DNA of 64,000 nt from the human T2T-CHM13v2.0 reference genome, Homo sapiens. The position numbers were made by a program, and so were the translations under genes. Below are positions 13,825 through 32,438 of the stretch, in pieces. The notes beneath the pieces are model-generated. The model saw only the letters and a program-made list of their open reading frames with translations. It was not told the origin of the DNA and made no database searches. The stretch lies in the NCBI RefSeq assembly GCF_009914755.1, contig NC_060928.1. One strand, written 5' to 3'. Each line of letters begins with the position of its first letter. Position 1 is the stretch's first letter.

Positions 13825-14886
13825 ATGAGAAAAACTCAGTGCAAAAAGGCTGAAAATTCCAAAAACCAGAATGCCTGTTCTCCAAAGGATCACAACTCCT
13901 TTCCAGAAAGGGAACAAAACTGGGTGGGGAATGAGTTTGATGAATTGACAGAAGTAGGCTTCAGAAGGTGGGTAATAACAAACTCCTCCGAGCTAAAGGA
14001 GCATCTTCTAACCCAATGCTAGGAAGTTAAGAACCTTGAAAAAAGGTTAGAGAAATTGCTAACTAGAATAGCCAGTATAGAAGAGAATATAAATGACCTG
14101 ATGGAGCTGAAAAACACAGCAGAAACTGCTAACTAGAATAACCAGTATAGAAAAGAACATAAATGACCTGAAGGAGCTGAAAAACACAGCATGAGAACTT
14201 CATGAAGCATACACAAGTATCAATAGCTGAATCAATCAAGCAGAAGAAAGAATATCAGAGATTGAAGATCGACTTAATGAAATAAAGTGTGAAGACAAGA
14301 TTAGAGAAAAAAGAATGAAAAGGAAAAAACAAAGCCTCCGAGAAATATGGGACTATGTGAAAAGACCAAACCTACATTTGATTTGTGTACCTGAAAGTGA
14401 CGGGGAGAATGGAACCAAGTTGGAAAACACTTTCAGGATATTATCCACTAGAACTTCCCCAACCTAACAAGACAAGCCAACATTCAAATTCAGGAAATAC
14501 AGAGAACACCACAAAAATACTCCTCGAGAAGAGCAACCCCAAGACACATGATCATCAGATTCACCAACATTGAAATGAAGGAAAAAATGTTAAGGACAGC
14601 CAGAGAGAAAGGTCAGGTTACCCACAAAGGGAAGCCCATAAAACTAACAGTGGATCTCGCTGCAGAAACCCTACAAGGCAGAAGACAGTGGGGGCCAATA
14701 TTCAACATCCTTCAAGCAAAGAATTTTCAACCCAGCATTTCGTATCCAGCCAAACTAAGTTTCATAAGTGAAGGAGAAATAAAATCCTTTACAGACAAGC
14801 AAATGCTTAGGGACTTTGTCACCACCAGGCCTGTCTTACAAGAGCTCCTGAAGGAAGCACTAAATATGGAAAGGAAGATCCAGTAG
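13825..14886 (+). pseudogene. L1 ORF1p remnant (stops and frameshifts)
   Basis: Translated fragments MRKTQCKKAENSKNQNA... and IIRFTNIEMKEKMLRTAREKG...YPAKLSFISEGEIKSFTDKQMLRDFVTTRP. Confidence 0.9.
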
Positions 14887-14979
14887 CAGCCACTGCAAAA
14901 ACAAACCAAAATGTAAAGAGCATCGACACTATGAAGAAACTGCATCAACTAATGGGCAAAATAACCAGCTAGCATCATA

Positions 14980-17257
<2,278 letters not shown>

Positions 17258-17481
17258 ACAATGAGAACAAATGGGCACAAGGAGGGGAATATTACACACT
17301 GGGGCCTGTCAGGGGATGAGGGGCAAGGGAAGGGATAGGATTAGGAGAAATACCTAATGTAGATGATGGGTTGCTGGGTGCAGCAAACCACCGTGGCACA
17401 TGTATACCTATGTAACAAACCTGCACGTTCTGCACATGTATCCCAGAACTTAAAGTATAATTTAAAGAAAAGAAAAGAATT

Positions 17482-18560
17482 AGCCTAAGATTTTGCATCC
17501 TGTCTAACTATCCTGCCAGTGTCAAGACTACAGAAATTAAACAGTTTTAAACATGCAAGAACTCAAAGAAAACTGTATTCATGAGCCCGTCCTGATAAAA
17601 TTACTAGAAGACAAATTTTATGCCACTAAAAGTTGACTGGGGAAATCTGGCAAAGGGGCTATTGATGATTATTAGATACAGTTAATTGTAAATGCAAAAG
17701 AAAGGTGAGAAAAATGTTACATGCTCTCAGAGAGAGAGAAAGAGAGAGAGAGAGATAACCATATGAACCACAAAGAAAATAGGTCACATAGAGAAAGAGT
17801 CACAGTAAATATAACATAAAATAATATAATATGATAAAATGATAGAGTTGAGACCAAATTAGCCGGTCATATCAATAAATGTAAATGGGCTTAACTCATC
17901 TGTAAAAAAAATTTCACATGAGTCACAAAGCAAGTCACAATTCCATACTGTATATAAATCTCATACTTAAAGTAACTCAGAAAGTCTAAAACTAGACAGG
18001 CAAAGGTGTGACCAGGCAAACGGAAACACAGCTTATGATCCAGATATCAGACAATCTAAATAATCAGGGTTCACAGCTGAAGAATAAAATATGAAAAAGA
18101 GAATACTTTTAATGCTGAAATCCACAATGAAGACATGACAATTTTGCATATTTATGAGTCACATTGTGTAGGAAGTAACTTCATAAAGGAAGACTTACAT
18201 AGGCATAAATACACACTTAATAAGACATCTTAAAATATCACCATCAGTCCAAAACAGGTCAATTAGACCACAAAAATGTGAACATGGAATAATTAAACAA
18301 CATACTAATGAAGGTAGGTCTTAAGGCTATATCATGATTTTAAGCCCTAATATCAGAGACTCTACCTTTCTCCCGAGTATCAATACACTTCACAAAATAA
18401 AAAGAATAAAAACTTTTTCTATTTACAGTGCAAAAAAAGTAGAAATTAACAAGAAAACATTTATAATGACCATATACATGAAAATGTAAATGATCATTCT
18501 GCTTAGAAAAGAAATTAACAAAAATTACATAATTGTAAAAATTAATGAAAGCCCTGTACA
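17482..18560 (+). mobile_element. Old L1M continuation (ORF1 end and ORF2 endonuclease start)
   Basis: agattttgcatcctgtctaactatc resembles the ORF1 RILYPAKLS region; atcaataaatgtaaatgggcttaactc resembles ORF2 INVNGLNS. Confidence 0.65.
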
Positions 18561-18564
18561 TGGA

Positions 18565-18975
18565 GGACAAGCCCTAATAGCCCCCACCTTCATGCTCTGT
18601 ATAATCTCCTCCCCCCTGTGAATGAGCAGAACCCATGACTTGCTTTTAACCCCTGGAATTTGTCAAGGGGAATGGAATGCACTCCCTTGATAAGGTTAGG
18701 TTGCATGACAAAGGTCATGATATGCCATTCCCCTAATTAGGTTTTATGTTACATCATATAACGCTCTATCTTAGCCTACCAGAAAGAAACTTTTCTTCCT
18801 TAATGGCTTGAAGAAGTAAGCTGTCCTGCTGTGAGAGGGTTTGTGGAGACTGCCATTTGGCAAGAAAAAACTGCAGGCAGCCTGGAGCTGACAGTAGCTC
18901 CTAGCCATTAGCCAACAAGAGAACGGGACCACAGTTCTACAATCCCAGGGAAACGAATTCTGCCACCAACCTGTG
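18565..18975 (+). mobile_element. MLT1-family (MLT1E/F/G-like) MaLR LTR
   Basis: Motifs ggcttgaagaagtaagctg, ggcaagaaaaaactgcaggcagcct, gaattctgccaccaacctg. Confidence 0.7.
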
Positions 18976-19049
18976 GGAAGAAAGGAGGAAAGGGAGGGAA
19001 GGAGGAAGAAAATGAGAGAAGGATGGAGGAAGAAGAGAGAAGAAAAGAA

Positions 19050-19803
19050 ATAAGTAGCACTGAAGGGGGACACTGTCTTTGACATTAATATATTGAAGCA
19101 CAAAGAACAATAGAAAATTGCCATTTTGCAATAAACTTTGAGTAGATGCTAAAACCAGTGACTGAAAACTTATTAACTGGTTATTCACAGTGTCTCAAAG
19201 GATCACTCCACAAATTACTTATTAATTATGAAAGCTAAAAAGGAACCTCTACAATGGGAAAATCTGGCAATGCCACCTTAATCAAGTGATTAGAATTACC
19301 ATCACTAATAATGAGACAAACTGATATTCTGTGTCTACAGATGTGATGTTCTGAGAAGGAGACATCATCACTTATGTATTTTTCCTGTCATGTAACCAGA
19401 ATCTAGTCATAAGGAAACAATCAGACCATTCTGCAAAACAATTGGCCTGGACTCCAAAACCTCTCAATGTCATGAAAGACCAAATAAACAGAAAGGAAAA
19501 AAAGTAGAACTTCTCTGGATCAAAGGAAACAAAATAGACATACAAACATAGAAACTAAAAGCAATATGGCAATGTGTGATCATAGTTTGAATCATTCAAA
19601 AAAAAAAAAAACCTATGAAAGTCAGTTGGGGGCCTCTTCAGGAAATCTGAATTTTAGTTATTACTAGGTAATATTGCAGCAATGTTAGTGGGTCAAGTGT
19701 GATTTTGCAGAAGAATGTCCTCATTCTTAGGAGATAGATGGTAATAGTTAGAAGTGAAGTGCTGTGGTATTTGCAACTTCCTTTCAAATGGTTCAGCCAA
19801 AAG

Positions 19804-19840
<37 letters not shown>

Positions 19841-19947
19841 CATATACAAAATGAAAATGTGGCAACAATTGATAGTTTGGGTGGAGAGTTAACTTCATTG
19901 TACTGTTCTTTATCTTTTCTATAGTTTGAAATGTTTCAAAATAAAAC
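19050..19947 (+). mobile_element. L1MC/L1MD-type 3' UTR containing a (GT)n run at about 19806-19837
   Basis: ccacaaattacttattaattatg, gaaaatctggc...ccaccttaatcaagtgat, gaagaatgtcctcattcttagga, terminal tttcaaaataaaa. Confidence 0.75.
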
Positions 19948-20439
19948 TTGGATGCAAAGGAACTGTAGGGTCCACTTCAAATGTTAAAAATAACCCCATT
20001 TCATTTAATCATAGGTATAAAAGTAATTCATCTTGTTTAATATTTTCGGGGAAATATGCAAAATATAGAAAAAAATGAAATTACACTTCTGCCACCCAGA
20101 GATAAACATTATTAATATTGTGGTATAATTGGTCAATTTTTTCTATTCAAATATGCGCTTCACCCTACTAATTGATTTTTCAAAACAGGGATCATAATTT
20201 GTATTTTGTTATCTATCTTAATAGATAAGGAGTATTTTTCCACATAATTTAGTAATTTCCCAAAGCTATGATTTTAATTGTTACATAAAGATATGGCATA
20301 GTTATTGTATTATAATTTTCATATGTTTCTCCTCCTTGATGTAGTTTATTTTCTTGTTTTTCAGATTCCCAAATTTTCTTAGTTTTCTTTATAACAACCT
20401 GTCAAGTTCTTTCTCATCTCTTTTATTAGCTACTTATTA

Positions 20440-21340
20440 GATACTCAAGTTTTTAACGTGAGAGTTAAGGTTAACTCTGTTCTCTGATTACTCTCACTCT
20501 CCTGGTGATCTCATGGTTTTAAATACTATCTCTATTCTGATGTCTAACTGTGTATCTCCAATGCAGACCTTTGTACTGAACATCAGAATCTTACTTCTTT
20601 CTGTCTATTCCATGTGAACACATCAAATTTACAGCAAATTCAAGCTTCTGTTCTTACCCTCAAACTCTTCTTCCCCTACAGTCTTACATATCTCATTTAA
20701 TAGCAAATATATGCTTCTGATGTTTAAGCTAAAAGCATTAGAACTATTTTGACTCCTCTCTTTTATCCATATCCAATCTGTCAGCAGATCCTGTTAACTC
20801 TTTCTAAATTCGTCTGGAATCTGGCCCTTTTTTATCAATCTCTCTGGTCTGAAAAACCATCATCTTTGTCCTGGATTGTCAAATTGCCATCTGACTGGTA
20901 TCTCTTATGTTCCTACCTTCTATTCAAAACATAAAAGCCACAGTAAATTTTGTAAATCATATTTGAGATTATGTCAATTCTCTAATCAAATCCCTCCAAT
21001 AGATTCTGTCTTAGTTGGATTTACTCCAAGACTTTTACAGTCTGAGAAAGGGCCCCTAGATGGAGGCCCAGCCATTTCTCTGATCTCACTTCACTTTTCT
21101 TTCCCCCTCCACACTGACCATATTGCTGCTCCTCAAATGTGAACTCTGTGGTCCTGCTCAGATCCTTTGGACTCCCTCACCCCAATGCCTGGAATGTTCT
21201 CCTCCCAGACATGTGCACATGGCCAACTCTTTACCTCCCTCCAGTGTCTGATGAAACATCACCTTTATTAGTGAGGACATCCTAAGTATCCTATTTAAAA
21301 TTTAAAATCCCTAACCCAGTAATCCCTAGTCTTCTTTTCT
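20440..21340 (+). mobile_element. L2a-like fragment
   Basis: catggttttaaatactatctctattctgatg, tttgactcctctct, atccaatctgtcagcagatcctgt, tgcctggaatgttctcctcccagac. Confidence 0.75.
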
Positions 21341-21659
21341 AGTTTGTTTTACTTTTTAAATTTTCTATTTTTTGTAGATTGCTAGAAATTGAATTATAAA
21401 AAGGTTGTAAATATTTTGAGTATTTAATACATAGTACAAAAATGATGTCTCAAAAGACAACTCCAATGTCAAGACTTGAAAACACTGTTTCATTTCTAAG
21501 ACTGATATTATAATTATCAATATTAAATGCTAACAGTTTGAAAAAGTCGTTGCTAACTGGGCAAAAATAAATGTTACTTTACTTTTCATTTTCGATTACT
21601 AATCGGCATTATTTAATATTTTGATCATATAGTGAAGCTTCCTCCACGAACCAGAAAAT

Positions 21660-22290
21660 TACAAAGAATAACGTATCTCCTCATTTGGGGAAATAAAGGA
21701 AACCTGAATTCTATCTTATATCCTCCAAAAAACCAATTCCAGATAGATTGAAGATCTAAAGGGAATGATAAAACTATAAAACTTCTGTTATAGTCTGAGT
21801 GTGTCCCCCAAATTTTATGTCTTGGAAACTAAATCCTCAAAGCAAGAGGATTGGGAGGTGTGTCATTTGGGAAGTAATTGAATTATGAAGGCCCGGCCCT
21901 CATGATTAGTTGTCTTTGTAAAAGGGTTTGACTGAGGGAGTTAGGTCTCTTATTGCCCTTCTGCCTTCTGCCATGTGAGGACATAGTATTCCTCCCCTCT
22001 GGCAGGTGAATGCCGTGCTCCAGGCTCCATCTTGGAAGCAGAGAGAAGCCCCCACCAGATGCCAGTGCCTTAATCTTGAACTTCTCAGACTCCAGAAATG
22101 TGAGAAATAAATCTCTGTTCTTTATAAATTACCTAATCTTAGGTAATCTCTTATAGCATCATGAAACAGACAAAGACAGCTTCTTAAAATAATATTAGAG
22201 AATATCTTTGTGAACTTGGTGTAGAGAAAGTTTTCCAAGAAGGACTTATAGAGATTTAACATGCTGCATAATAAAGCATTGAAAATGCTT
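21660..22290 (+). mobile_element. L1M ORF2 fragment split by the MST LTR
   Basis: aattccagatagattgaagatctaaa...aaaactataaaacttc resumes as ttaaaataatattagagaatatctttgtgaacttgg after the LTR. Confidence 0.65.
21786..22178 (+). mobile_element. MSTC/MSTD-like MaLR solo LTR
   Basis: TG...CA termini; motifs gccatgtgaggac, ccatcttggaagcagaga, gagaaataaat...tataaattacc; near-TSD acttc/gcttc. Confidence 0.85.
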
Positions 22291-22299
22291 CTGCAAAAC

Positions 22300-22850
22300 C
22301 CACATTCCATCAGACTACTTTCTTGTTCGGAGACTTTCATGTACCTATTGTACACAGTAGAGTCTAAACTCTAGACCTGGCATTTGAGACTCTGTCTGCA
22401 AGTTATGTTTCTAAATTCATTTCATACTACATACTTTTATATATTTTATATATTTGCACCTCCCCAAAAGCATATCTGTTACTTCTTTTTATGTCATGCA
22501 CATTTTCCTGGATTTTGTTCAAACTGTTTCATTCACTGTGAATGCTTTCATCTCCATATAGCATAAGATATATTTCAACTTCCAACATCACCCCCTTTAT
22601 TTATAAGGTCTCCTCAGATTCCCAGATGACAGTGGCCCTCTCTTCTCTGAACAATAAAGAGGTTACCTCAGGACTTTTTTATATTTATCACTTTATGCCT
22701 AATATTTGTGCATTATGTCTTCCACACCTAGTGGGCAAAATCTTTTGAATGTAGAAACAGTCTTTTTTCCGTTTTTGTATCTCCCAAAGTGCCTAACATG
22801 ATAATATGCTACCGTACATGTAAGAAGTCCTCAATATTATATTAATTTTA
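22300..22850 (+). mobile_element. L2 3' region
   Basis: tttgtatctcccaaagtgcctaacatg...ctcaata tail. Confidence 0.6.
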
Positions 22851-22907
22851 CTTATATATGTATAGGTTCAAATATGAATATTATATATACATATATGTAT
22901 AGGCATA

Positions 22908-22912
<5 letters not shown>

Positions 22913-22949
<37 letters not shown>
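22913..22949. repeat. (TG)18 microsatellite
   Basis: Read directly. Confidence 0.95.
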
Positions 22950-22951
<2 letters not shown>

Positions 22952-23864
22952 GTACAGAGAAAGAGCTTTTAAGCCTACGGCTCTTTTTAGTCTAAAGTAT
23001 AACATACTATGAAACATATTAAGCTTTTAAATGTCCATGTCAGATAATAAAGCATAATATATGGCCCTAAATTATTTTTAAATAAATACAAATGGCAAAG
23101 ACTTTATAATTTTTTATCTAGAAATAGAACATAATTTTAATATGTACTTGTTTTGAGAAAATCTTTTTGTTTCTTAAAAATAGTTACATTAAAGCTCACT
23201 GCATGCAGTTAAGGTTTCTGTAAAAATTCTAGTTTGACTCTAACCAGTTAAACTAGAAAAGTGCTTTTCCTTGTCTTTAGTTGGCTTTGTTGTCTGGTAT
23301 TTACCTGTGAATATAGCTTTGTCAATGGCAATTACCTAATCCAATGATCATCTGTGTTTTATATTTTCACATATATAACCTGTTCTAAGATACATGTGTT
23401 TAATTCCAAATACACTATAGAGTTTAATCTACAAAACAAAGCAATGACTGTAGTAAACACTCCTGTAACTGGAGAAAAACACAAATAGCTTCATATATGC
23501 AATCTCTCAGCTTTTAAAATTCCATTTATAATGAGATCAATGCAAAATTGTAAGTTTATAATTGTATTCACTTTTTAACTTAAGGGACCAAAAGTTTATA
23601 AAATCAAATATCTATCCTTGCCTCATTTTAAAAATAAAAGCACAATTCAACTTAATCTCTTCAAACTCTGCACTTCTTTTACTTCACCCCCTCTCAATAC
23701 TCCTTTATACATATTCAATACATAAAAGTTTTTGTGAAAAAAGAAAGGGAAATAATTTAAAAGGCATGAATGAATGAATTCCTGCAGTTTTAAGAGTAAC
23801 TGCCTTACTCTTATTCAGAGTAACTAGCTTTTACTCTGAATATTTTCTTTATTGAAAACTATCA

Positions 23865-24186
<322 letters not shown>

Positions 24187-25764
24187 TTAATGAATTGAAA
24201 GAAACAGAATGTGTTCAGTTCATTTTACCCTATAAGGTGGCCAGTTATATTTTTGACATCATGCTTTCCAGATTAGAAAAAATGTTGCACATACATTAAA
24301 ATACTAAATATATAAAAACTTTATCTGTAAAATTATACTTAAACTCCAAACCCAAAATGTATATAAACAGATGTAAAATTATAGAGAAGGATTTATTATG
24401 TCGGTGAAATCTAGAATCATGTGGTTAAATCCTTTTTTCCAGACCTACAGAGTGTGACTTAGAATCCCCTGTGGAATAAGAATCCTTTATTGTTAATAAA
24501 GTGCATCTTCACAAGTGTACGTCATTTAAAAAAAATCCCTTGGTCCTTGTTTTCATATTTGAATCTAAAAGGTCTTAACCAAAGTAAACTACATCAAATG
24601 TGCTAGAAATGACTAGGTAAGACCAAGATCTTTGTGACCAAAATTAATTGGTTCCAATGATAAGTCTGAAGAAATAAGAAAAGAAAAACGTGCATGTTGA
24701 AATATGTAGGCTTTCATTTTAATCATTCAACACCACTGTATTGAAGTGCATACAGACAGGAAAAAATAATTCACTGTCACTTCAAATAAATATGATTTTA
24801 CTGCAAGAAGAGAAATACGGCTGACACATTAAGAGTAGTTATTATGAAAAAACAATATTGATCAAATTGCAGTTTGCACATAATTCAGCCAACTTCCTAC
24901 TTGCATCATAAAATTTGCATTCTTCAAAATTGCAGCTATATGAAATGATGAAGTCTTTTCATTATTCATTTTGCCACTGTCTCAGAATTAAAAGTCTTGT
25001 TGCTGACAAAAAGCCAATTAATCATATTTATGGTGACAACCATGACTATTATAAAACAGACATTCTTAGAAAGCATGCCCTTTTCTTTACATCAAAACCT
25101 GTTGAACATGCTCTTCCATCCCCTGAGGCTTTGAAGATAGATTATTGTTCCTTCTGGGAAGGAATAATGAGTTAGTATAAATCTAATAGTAGCCATTGTT
25201 GATGGTAGAATTAGACCAAAGTCAGAATTTTAAATTTTATTTGTTTTGCCAATCACTCTTCCTGTTTCCAACTTCATTATTTGAAAAATGTGAATATAAT
25301 TCATTCTTTAGTAATTCACTCATTCAATCACATTCCCTACATGCTTAGAACAAGAAATTCAAATAAAGACAAAATTTGGACAAATGCTCAGTTTACTCAT
25401 GAACTAATATTTGAAACTAATTATAGTCAAGAGATAGGAACTTAATTATATAATCCAAATTACATTTATCAAACCTGCAGAAATCTGCATGGCATGGCCT
25501 AATTAATGCCATTTTTGAGGGATGTTTAGCTCAGTCCTTTAAAAAGTTGTCTTTATATTTATATATATTGAGAAATGGGTCTTTAACAGTTGTACAATTC
25601 TTATTTTTTAGTTGGGTATAATTTCTACTTAGTGAATTTAGAGTAAATCTTATAGAACTATAATCTTGACCTTCAGAAATAAAAAAAAAACTTTAGAGTT
25701 TATTTAATGAGAAGACTTTTCACTTCTTTTATGCCCACATGCTTTGGTAGTCTGAAGAAGCTTA

Positions 25765-26236
25765 TGGTTCAACCCCCTCTTAGATAATGTTATCAAACCC
25801 ATAAAATAGAATTTAGAGGCTTACCAAAAAGTCTTAATTAGACTGAAATTGTTTTTAAAATATTTTCAGAAACAACCTTTTGACATAATAATATATAAGC
25901 TTATTTATGGCTATATTAAATAGCAAGATTTAGTAGTAGATCTAACAGCTGCTTGAATTCAGAGTAGTAATGAGCAAAACTGTATTTAAAAATATCTGTA
26001 ACAACTATATTAGGATATAAAAATATCTATGGTTTCTATTGGGAACAAAGTTATGGTAGTGCTACCACTAATAATATGTACTTGTTGCCCACATCCGTAA
26101 TTAAAAGTAATGTTAAATTTTAGCCAGGGATGATTGAAAATGAAAATGTAATGTTTGCCTACCTAAATCTACAGTTTCTCTGAAATTTATTCATAGGCGC
26201 TTTGGGGGTCCTTGGACTTCAGGTGAAGAACTATTG
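25765..26236. mobile_element. hAT-Charlie DNA transposon relic (Charlie4a-like), next to a MIR piece at about 26240-26370
   Basis: Terminal gggggtccttggacttcaggtgaagaac and internal aaatagcaagatttagtagtagatctaac motifs. Confidence 0.6.
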
Positions 26237-26882
26237 ATCCATATAATCTTACAATTATCCTGATGAGGAAGCAGAGGTGCTTCAGGGATTTCTCACAATT
26301 TACACTCCCAAGTAGTGAAAGACCTGGAGGAAGAACCCTGGATATCCAGATTGCTTTTCCTACACTCCTTCTCTAACACCACAAAATGCAATCAGGAACC
26401 TCAACATGAACTGTTCCATTAATAGTTTTACTTAATTCTACTTTAAAGTATGTCATTATTTTTTAAAACAACTAATTTGTAAAAACCAATCATTTTCACA
26501 TGGTTGTAGATCCTCAAAGTAGGTAAACTTCGGGGAAAGCAAGTTTACCACAACCATTTCCTTCCATAGCACTCATAATGGTGAATCTAATGAGCTGCTT
26601 AGGCTCATCGTGAAGACCAGCAACACAAGTCCTTTGCAGAACTATTCCTGTATCTGTTTTTCATGGCCGGTGATTCTTTCTGCACATGTCACTGCATTTG
26701 TTTTTGCAATAATGAGAACTGTAAAATGGCCAAGGCATTCATCACTTTGGTCAAAGAGATGGTTGCTATAAAGAACCATTAATCAATATGCCTTTACTAA
26801 ATGAGATTCCTAATTATAAATAGAGGAACATACATTCCTTATCTGGGCAGAAGACCAGGGACTAAGACTGAAGACCAGAGAC

Positions 26883-27511
26883 TGTGATCTGAGAGACAAA
26901 AATAGATGCCTTTTTATCAATTAAGGTGGACCTACAGGTTAAGGAAATAAAGCTACCTACAGGTTGAGGGTACAGGGCCTGGCTGGCATGACAAATATCT
27001 AAATTCCCATGGCTAAACTCCCTAACAATAGAAAGTATCAGCTCCGATTTACAACCCAGACCACTACAACTCTGATTGGACAGAGGTCCGGACTTACAAA
27101 CGTTCTTTTCTGATAAGCAATTGTAGATCTTAAGCTAGTTCCAAATAGCTTATAGAGGCTCCCCACAAACTGTATTTCTGTCCTACCACCTTTTGACATA
27201 AAGAGCCAATTCCACCTCATTTTAATGCTAAAATCCCAACCCAAGAGAACATGGGATGTATGTTATATATGTTTGCCCATTGCACATGCTCTTTGCTTCC
27301 CTCATAAATATGTATAGCTTTTCCTCCAAACTTGCTGGACATATATGATACAAGCCCTGTGAGGAATAAAACCCAATCTGTCTTTCCCTCTTCAAAGAGA
27401 GAGGACCTTCCAACCATGCTACAGACTTTCTCTTCCTGAGTTGCAAACTGATATTCCCAGTAAAGCTCTCCTTTCCACTATTTAGCCATCTTGATTGTCT
27501 TTTGGAAAACA
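26883..27511 (+). mobile_element. ERV1 solo LTR (MER39-like)
   Basis: TG...CA ends; gagagacaaaaatagatgcc, ccagaccactacaactctgattggacagagg, cacctcattttaatgctaaaa; agtaaa polyA-like signal; flanks agac/agaa. Confidence 0.75.
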
Positions 27512-28259
27512 AGAATATACAACTTCATCAGGTGTTGTGTTTGTCATTGTATTCAGAATACAGGGTGATTAGTGAAGAAATAAGCTTTTTTAAAGTTTCT
27601 GGATTTTATTTGCAATTTATATAGTCATTGCTTTTTTAAAAAGTCTTCAAAAATAAACATAAAATTGAAAGCATAATTTTGAAAATGGGGGATGCAACAA
27701 AGGAAAATAGTAGGACTAAGAGATGCCACAATGACAATTTACCAAAAAAGATCGGATTAAATTTTCAGAAAGCAGCACAAATAAGGGTTGAAAACAAGTA
27801 TACATGCTTTATTTCTTATGGGGTTTCACAAATCTATACTTGTTGAGGGACAAGAACTGTATCATTATATTTGTGTTTTCTGTTTGTATATTTGTATTTT
27901 CTGTTATATCTGGCTAAGAGGCTTTTTGCTTGCAGCGCTCAACAAACACCTGGTGAAATTAAAAACCTTAGAATTCTGAGCTGAAAGAGACCTCAAAAAT
28001 CATTTAATCCAACATCCTTCTATATAGAAGGTGAAAAGGCATCTCTAATTTAGTGGTTGAAATGCCCTTTGCTGAGAATATTATTTAAATATTGTATTCA
28101 TATTGAGTTATTAGGCCAACTGATGAAGTTTGCTCATCTCAGGCTTGACTATATACTAGAAAAGGCATCTGATGAATTGTAGAGTGCCATTTAAAATTAC
28201 TTTATTTGTGCTACCCACTGGATATATAGTTTTTAAGTTTCAGAGCAGCTCTTTGCATT

Positions 28260-28390
28260 AGATAATATCATTGCCATTTGCAGATAAGGAAAGTAATGTG
28301 TGGGAAGGCAAACCAACTACCCCAAAGATAAAAAAGCAGTTATTGGCAGAACTAGGATTCAAACCAAGTCTATCCACCTCAAAACACCAG
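28260..28390 (-). mobile_element. MIR fragment
   Basis: ccatttgcagataaggaaa...ggcagaactaggattcaaaccaagtct. Confidence 0.7.
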
Positions 28391-28660
28391 TATCTTAAAG
28401 AAAGAAAAAAAAAGAAAGGGGAGAAGGAAGACAGATAGAAGAAGGAAGAAATATAAACAAAGGTTCACATCTATCATTAGGCAACTCTAACAAATTACAT
28501 TGGAACCCTCTATTTTGCACTGAAAAAAATTAATAAACTTATTTATATACATAGGTTTAATAAACTTATAAATATATACACATATATATATATACACACA
28601 CATACATATGACTAATCAATTGCTGCAGGCTGTGGGAAGAGAAAACAAGGAGTGCCTTTA

Positions 28661-31629
<2,969 letters not shown>

Positions 31630-31831
31630 TGTGAAAGAAAGGAGAGAGAAGAATAAAGGTTTGGAAGTAGACCTCACCAAATTTTCCTTAGTGACTGAGA
31701 GATCAATCTTACATTTCTTTTTTTCACTTTGTATATGTGTTCCTTTATCTGTATTATGTGATAGTTAATACTAGGCCACACTTAATTTAAAGATGTCTAT
31801 TTGATAAGATACTAAGCCAGAAGAATTTTAA

Positions 31832-32075
31832 TTTTTTTAACTTTTATTTTAAGTTCAGGGGTACATGTGCAGGTTTGTTATATAGGTAAACTTGTGTCAT
31901 GGAGATTTGTTGTACAGATTATTTCATCATCCAGCTATTAAGTCTAGTACCCATTAATTATTTTTCCTCATCCTCTCTCTCCTCCTACCTTCCACCTTCC
32001 AATAAGCCTCAGTGTGTGTTGTTCCCCATTATGTGTCCATGTGTTCTCATCATTTAGCTCCCACTTATAAATGAG
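31832..32075 (-). mobile_element. L1PA13-16-like 3' end
   Basis: ttttaagttcaggggtacatgtgcaggtttgttatataggtaaac...catttagctcccacttata. Confidence 0.85.
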
Positions 32076-32082
32076 TTTTTTA

Positions 32083-32438
<356 letters not shown>

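Noticed and set aside
12527-13917. ORFs in the L1 5' UTR (also 61002-62369) as ORF0 or new proteins
   Set aside because: A GC-richer UTR gives open frames by chance; I cannot verify an intact ORF0 by eye.
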